A DNA stretch of 18,595 nt from Thermodesulfovibrionales bacterium (GTDB lineage: Bacteria > Nitrospirota > Thermodesulfovibrionia > Thermodesulfovibrionales > UBA6898): NCBI GenBank assembly GCA_044450345.1, contig JBIOIY010000059.1, positions 1 through 18,595 on the forward strand, written 5' to 3'. Made by a program: the position numbers and the translations under genes. The notes beneath the pieces were generated by a model. That model saw nothing but the letters and a program-made list of their open reading frames with translations. It was not told the origin of the DNA and searched no databases. This document shows, in pieces, positions 14,284 to 18,595 of this stretch; the first letter of the stretch is position 1; every line of letters begins with the position of its first letter.

Positions 14284-15636
14284 ATGGATGCCTTAGCCCT
14301 CAGCAGGCTTCAGTTCGCGGTGACGAGCATGTTTCACTTTATCTTCGTCCCGCTCACTCTCGGTCTCTCCATACTGGTAGCGTACATGGAAACCCGCTAT
14401 GTCCGCACCGGGGATGAGATGTATCTCAGGATGACAAAGTTTTGGGGAAAACTCTTCCTGATCAACTTTGCACTCGGTATAGTCACCGGAATTACCATGG
14501 AATTCCAGTTCGGCATGAACTGGGCCGAATACTCCAAATACGTAGGTGATATCTTCGGGGCACCGCTGGCTATAGAGGCGACTGTCGCCTTCTTCCTGGA
14601 ATCGACATTCATCGGCTTATGGGTCTTCGGCTGGAACAAGATATCGAAGAAGCTCCATGCGTTGTCCATATGGCTGGTGGCAATCGCCACTAATCTTTCC
14701 GCACTCTGGATACTCCTTGCAAACGGATGGATGCAGCACCCCGTTGGCTACGTCCTGAGAAATAACAGGGCAGAGATGGTAGACTTTGTCGCGCTCATTA
14801 CCAATGCTTACGGATGGTTGAAATTCTTTCACACCCTCTTGTCCGGTTACGTCATAGCCGCATTCTTTGTAATGGGGATCTCGGCCTACCATATCATCAG
14901 GAAGAGCAATCTCGATTTTTTCAAGACATCATTCAGAGCCGCGGCCGCCTTCGGCCTCCTCAGTTCAGTCCTTATTTTCGCGGTCGGTGATTTTCACGCA
15001 TCGGAGGTGGCCAGGACACAGCCTACAAAATTCGCTGCAATGGAGGCGGTCTGGAACACCCAGAAGTCCGTCCCGTATAATTTTCTCGTTTTGCCGGACA
15101 CTGCGAATGAAAGAAATTCCGTGGAAGCCGTCCGTGTGCCGAATATGCTGAGCTTTATGGCATTCGGGGACGGCCAGGCCGAGATCAGAGGCCTCAAAGA
15201 CTTTCCAAAAGAAAACCGGCCGCCCGTGATGTCGACATTCCTGAGCTTCAAGGCCATGATCGCACTGGGGACATTGTTTCTTATTCTGAGTGCCGCAGCT
15301 GTCTTTATTGCACAGACAGGACGCCTTGATTCAAGCCCTTTTTTCCTCAAACTCATGATCTATGCACTGCCCCTTCCTTATATCGCAGCTCAGTTGGGAT
15401 GGATCGTGGCGGAAGTCGGCAGACAGCCCTGGATTGTATACGGCGTACTTAAGACCTCGGAGGCGGTATCAAGGGCGGTAAGCAGTGCTCAGGTGTGGGC
15501 CTCGTTGATAGGCTTCACGCTGGTGTACGGCCTGCTGGCCGTCGTAGATATATACCTGCTTACCACTAGCGCCAAGAAAGGTCCGGACAACGACCTTTCG
15601 GTGATGATCCAGTCCTCACGCACGCAGGAGGTGTAA
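14284..15636 (+). CDS. cydA: cytochrome bd ubiquinol oxidase subunit I (short Q-loop type)
   Basis: True start ATG 14284 after AAGGAGGA. LSRLQFA...FHFIF, GITMEFQFGMNW, FFLESTF, FFHT, QPTKFAAME, AEVGRQPW. Confidence 0.96.
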   Translation: MDALALSRLQFAVTSMFHFIFVPLTLGLSILVAYMETRYVRTGDEMYLRMTKFWGKLFLINFALGIVTGITMEFQFGMNWAEYSKYVGDIFGAPLAIEATVAFFLESTFIGLWVFGWNKISKKLHALSIWLVAIATNLSALWILLANGWMQHPVGYVLRNNRAEMVDFVALITNAYGWLKFFHTLLSGYVIAAFFVMGISAYHIIRKSNLDFFKTSFRAAAAFGLLSSVLIFAVGDFHASEVARTQPTKFAAMEAVWNTQKSVPYNFLVLPDTANERNSVEAVRVPNMLSFMAFGDGQAEIRGLKDFPKENRPPVMSTFLSFKAMIALGTLFLILSAAAVFIAQTGRLDSSPFFLKLMIYALPLPYIAAQLGWIVAEVGRQPWIVYGVLKTSEAVSRAVSSAQVWASLIGFTLVYGLLAVVDIYLLTTSAKKGPDNDLSVMIQSSRTQEV

Positions 15637-15637
15637 G

Positions 15638-16666
15638 ATGGCATTTCAGATACTATGGTTTATTCTTTGGGGCGTTCTCTGGGCAGTATATTTCATGCTC
15701 GACGGCTTTGATTTCGGGACCGGCATGCTGCACAATTTTATTGCAAAAAATGAGTCTGAAAAAAAGATGATTTTAAATACCATCGGGCCGCTATGGGACG
15801 GAAACGAAGTCTGGCTCATTACCGCGGGGGGCGCCACATTCGCCGCATTCCCAACCACATACGCCCTCATGTTCAGCTACCTTTATTCGGCCCTGCTTCT
15901 CATTCTTTTCGCACTGATCTTTAGAGGGGTCGCATTAGAATTCAGGGGTAAAGTTGACGCTTCGGGCTGGAGAAAGGGCTGGGACGCAGCAATATTTCTG
16001 GGCAGTTTCCTTCCAGCCCTCCTCTTTGGAGTTGCCTTCGGAAATATCTTTCAGGGCCTTCCCATGGACGGGGCCGGTTATCACGGGACCTTACTTACAC
16101 TCCTTAACCCATACGGTCTGCTTACCGGAGTCCTCTTCGTCCTACTCTTCCTGGTCCACGGCTCGCTATGGCTGGCGCTGAAGACCTCGGATGATCTCAG
16201 ACAACGCACCGAGGGACTGGCAAAAAAACTCTGGGTCATACTCCTTGTCGCTGCGGTAAGCTTTTTGGTGTATACCTATTTCGCCACGCACCTCTATGCA
16301 AACTATCTGAATAACCTGATATTGTTTATCGTCCCCATAGTCGCCGTGACCTCTCTCCTTCTCATAAGAGTGTTCGCAGGGAAGAAAGACTACCTGAGGT
16401 CCTTTTATGCCTCCTGTCTTACCATAGTAACCGTCACGTTCACGGGGGTTATCGGCCTTTATCCGAACCTTATCCCTTCAAGCATCTCCCCGGCCCATAA
16501 TCTGACCATATACAATTCTTCATCGAGCGTGTACACTTTGAAAATTATGACCGTTGTGGCCCTTATATTCGTCCCCATTGTGATCGCTTATCAGATATGG
16601 ACGTACAGGGTTTTCAGACACAGGACGACCGCTCAGGATGTACTGGGCCGTAATGAAACGTATTGA
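15638..16666 (+). CDS. cydB: cytochrome bd ubiquinol oxidase subunit II
   Basis: LDGFDFGTG, IGPLWDGNEVWL..AGGATFAAFP, RGVALEFR; AGGAGG RBS; directly follows cydA. Confidence 0.96.
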   Translation: MAFQILWFILWGVLWAVYFMLDGFDFGTGMLHNFIAKNESEKKMILNTIGPLWDGNEVWLITAGGATFAAFPTTYALMFSYLYSALLLILFALIFRGVALEFRGKVDASGWRKGWDAAIFLGSFLPALLFGVAFGNIFQGLPMDGAGYHGTLLTLLNPYGLLTGVLFVLLFLVHGSLWLALKTSDDLRQRTEGLAKKLWVILLVAAVSFLVYTYFATHLYANYLNNLILFIVPIVAVTSLLLIRVFAGKKDYLRSFYASCLTIVTVTFTGVIGLYPNLIPSSISPAHNLTIYNSSSSVYTLKIMTVVALIFVPIVIAYQIWTYRVFRHRTTAQDVLGRNETY

Positions 16667-16673
16667 CGTTGCC

Positions 16674-16706
16674 TTGCGGGGAACGGGATCATGCCTGCCC
16701 CCGCGA
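16674..16706 (+). other. GC-rich intergenic hairpin between cydB and rrf2
   Basis: GCGGGG...CCCCGC arms with inner CGGG/CCTG pairing; no U tract. Confidence 0.4.
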
Positions 16707-16724
16707 CAAGAAGAGAGGTGAACG

Positions 16725-17144
16725 ATGCAGGTCACTCGTGAAACAGACTATGCGATACGGTGTGTATATTACCTTGCCGGCAAGAAAAGCGGCGTCACGA
16801 TGGTAGACGAAATCTCGAAGGAGATGAACATTCCCAAGAGTTTTCTCGCGAAAATCCTGCAGAAGCTCGGCAAAGGCTCACTGGTAAAATCCTACAGAGG
16901 CGTCAAGGGGGGCTTCATGCTCTCGCGCGCTCCTGAGGAGATCAGTCTGCTCGAAGTGATTGAAGCCGTCCAGGGCCCGTTGGCCATGAATATATGCGCG
17001 CTTGATAAAGCCCTCTGCGAACGCAGCACTGCGTGTGCCATCCATCCGGTATGGGTCGAGGTAAGAGGGGAAGTCGAGAAAATTCTCCAGAGAAAGAACT
17101 TCGCAGACCTGCGGATCGACCCAAAAAGCCCTTTAGGGGAATAA
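16725..17144 (+). CDS. Rrf2-family transcriptional regulator, probably Fe-S binding
   Basis: TDYAIR, IPKSFLAKIL, VKSYRGVKGGF.L, ISLLEVIEAV, and C-x6-C-x5-C-x2-H (CALDKALCERSTACAIH). Confidence 0.92.
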   Translation: MQVTRETDYAIRCVYYLAGKKSGVTMVDEISKEMNIPKSFLAKILQKLGKGSLVKSYRGVKGGFMLSRAPEEISLLEVIEAVQGPLAMNICALDKALCERSTACAIHPVWVEVRGEVEKILQRKNFADLRIDPKSPLGE

Positions 17145-17156
17145 TATCCTGACACA

Positions 17157-17183
17157 GAAACCGTCTCGTTCCCGACGGCTTTC
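17157..17183. terminator. possible terminator hairpin between convergent rrf2 and secG
   Basis: GAAACCGTC-TCGTTCCC-GACGGCTTTC inverted repeat. Confidence 0.4.
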
Positions 17184-17247
17184 CGGCGAACCATGTGCGC
17201 ATTGATGCACGGCGGACAGGATCCCGAGAATACTAACGATCCGTACC

Positions 17248-17655
17248 TTACTTCGAAGGCGCTGCGGGTACAGGCACATTACCGGCAGGCTGCGAAGGTG
17301 CGGCTGGCGCCGCTGGTTTCGCCGGAAGCATAGGCCGTACACCTTGCACCGGGCCGGACGGCGCCCCTGGCATTTGAGGAATGTTTTTCCGCTGATCTGT
17401 TACAGAACTTCTTTTGACGACCGATCCGCCCCTCGCCTCGATCATCGCAAGCGAGAGTGAAGTAATCATGAAGACCACTGCTGCGATCGTAGTCAGCTTG
17501 CTGAAAAAAGTCGCCGCGCCACGCGCCCCGAAAAGCGTTTGGCTCGACCCCCCGAAAGCGGCCCCGAGTTCAGCGCCTTTTCCGCTCTGCACCAGGACTA
17601 TGAAGATAAGAAAAAAGCAGACTATGATATGAATGATCAAAATTAATGTAAACAT
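17248..17655 (-). CDS. secG: preprotein translocase subunit SecG with Pro/Ala-rich C-tail
   Basis: TM1-VLVQSGKGAELGAAFGGSSQTLFG-TM2; downstream of tpiA with TGATG overlap. Confidence 0.95.
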   Translation of the reverse strand: MFTLILIIHIIVCFFLIFIVLVQSGKGAELGAAFGGSSQTLFGARGAATFFSKLTTIAAVVFMITSLSLAMIEARGGSVVKRSSVTDQRKNIPQMPGAPSGPVQGVRPMLPAKPAAPAAPSQPAGNVPVPAAPSK

Positions 17656-18404
17656 CAGTTCTCCTTCTTAAAAAGTGCTATCCTTGCAAAGCTTTTCGGC
17701 TTGAGACTCGCCCCGCCGACAAGCGCCCCGAACACGTCCCTGCAAGCCATAAGGGCGTCGACATTATCCGGCGTTACACTGCCGCCATATATTATACGCA
17801 ATGCCCCCGCATCATTTCCATATAAATTCCCGAGTATCTTGCCGATATATGCATGTACCTCCTGTGCCTGCTCAGTGGTTGCGGTCCTACCCGTACCTAT
17901 TGCCCAGATAGGCTCATAAGCCACGACGAGATTATCCGGTCCGACCTCGGCAAGCCCTATCTGCACTTCTCTTTTTATCACCTCGAAGGTCCTGCCCGCC
18001 TCTCTCTCCTCAAGGGACTCGCCGCAACAGAATATTACGCCGAGGCCCGCTTTTTTTGCGGCTCTCACCTTCCTGTTGACGATGACATCCTCCTCAGAAA
18101 AATATTGTCTCCTCTCCGAGTGGCCGACGATCACATGCGTGCAGCCGGCGTCCGCAAGCATCACAGGGGAAACCTCCCCGGTATAAGCGCCCTTCTCTTC
18201 CCAGAACATGTCCTGCGCAGAAAGCCTGACATTCGTTCCTTTGAGTTCCTCTGAGGCAGCAGCCAAAGCGGTAAAGGGCGGCGCGACAATTATGTCCCTG
18301 TCAGTTACGTCCTTTACAAGAGGGACGAAGGATCGGATGAACTCCCTGGTCTCAGGGATTGTCTTATTCATCTTCCAGTTAGCAGCGATAAAATACTTCT
18401 TCAT
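17655..18404 (-). CDS. tpiA: triosephosphate isomerase
   Basis: ANWKMN, GAYTGEVS, IVGHSERR, AYEPIWAIGTG, YGGSV, LVGGASL. Confidence 0.98.
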   Translation of the reverse strand: MKKYFIAANWKMNKTIPETREFIRSFVPLVKDVTDRDIIVAPPFTALAAASEELKGTNVRLSAQDMFWEEKGAYTGEVSPVMLADAGCTHVIVGHSERRQYFSEEDVIVNRKVRAAKKAGLGVIFCCGESLEEREAGRTFEVIKREVQIGLAEVGPDNLVVAYEPIWAIGTGRTATTEQAQEVHAYIGKILGNLYGNDAGALRIIYGGSVTPDNVDALMACRDVFGALVGGASLKPKSFARIALFKKEN

Positions 18405-18412
18405 GACCAGTT

Positions 18413-18441
18413 AATTTAATGCATAGAGGGAAACTTGTCAA
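18413..18441 (-). promoter_or_regulatory. sigma70 promoter of tpiA-secG
   Basis: Minus strand TTGACA (18441-18436), 17 nt, TAAATT (18418-18413), only 8 nt before the ATG. Confidence 0.55.
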
Positions 18442-18595
18442 GCTATGTTCAGCTATGAGGGTTTCGAGAAATAGCATTTTTGGAAGCGGTGGTGGCAGGG
18501 GATACCGCGTCGCCGGATCAGGAAGATACCGATTTCTCATTTTAAACCTCTTTTATCTCGCTGAGACGCCTGTCCGCGCCTCAATTTGCCGTAAC

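Noticed and set aside
17145..17247. tRNA downstream of secG, as often found
   Set aside because: No cloverleaf or properly placed T-loop on either strand; only a short hairpin.
18456..18595. Open + strand frame from ATG 18456 to the window edge, and a hairpin near 18562-18583
   Set aside because: No RBS or recognisable motif, and too little sequence to decide.
1..18595. CRISPR array or rRNA
   Set aside because: No regularly spaced repeats or rRNA-like sequence; intergenic gaps are short.

Overview
Bacterial chromosomal window. Gene content and order resemble Nitrospirota or Deltaproteobacteria-like anaerobes/microaerophiles; this is inference only. Left to right: (1) the 3' end of a probable IS4-family transposase. 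(2) A translationally coupled three-gene operon (336-9188) encoding a plant-type alpha-glucan water dikinase (GWD, with one CBM45-like module), a plant-type phosphoglucan water dikinase (PWD) whose N-terminus is a metal-binding TIM barrel instead of CBM20, and a TIM-barrel/GH13 alpha-amylase-family fusion. This apparent bacterial alpha-glucan phosphorylation and mobilisation system is the most striking element. (3) A housekeeping block: dksA with a Lys-rich tail, converging on aminotransferase-era-DUF151-recO. (4) A divergent oxygen-defence cluster: a selenocysteine peroxiredoxin that the ORF track truncates (in-frame UGA plus SECIS-like hairpin), and cydA-cydB-rrf2 with an IscR-type-like palindrome over a near-consensus promoter. 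(5) secG and tpiA. All calls come from reading motifs by eye; no searches were run.
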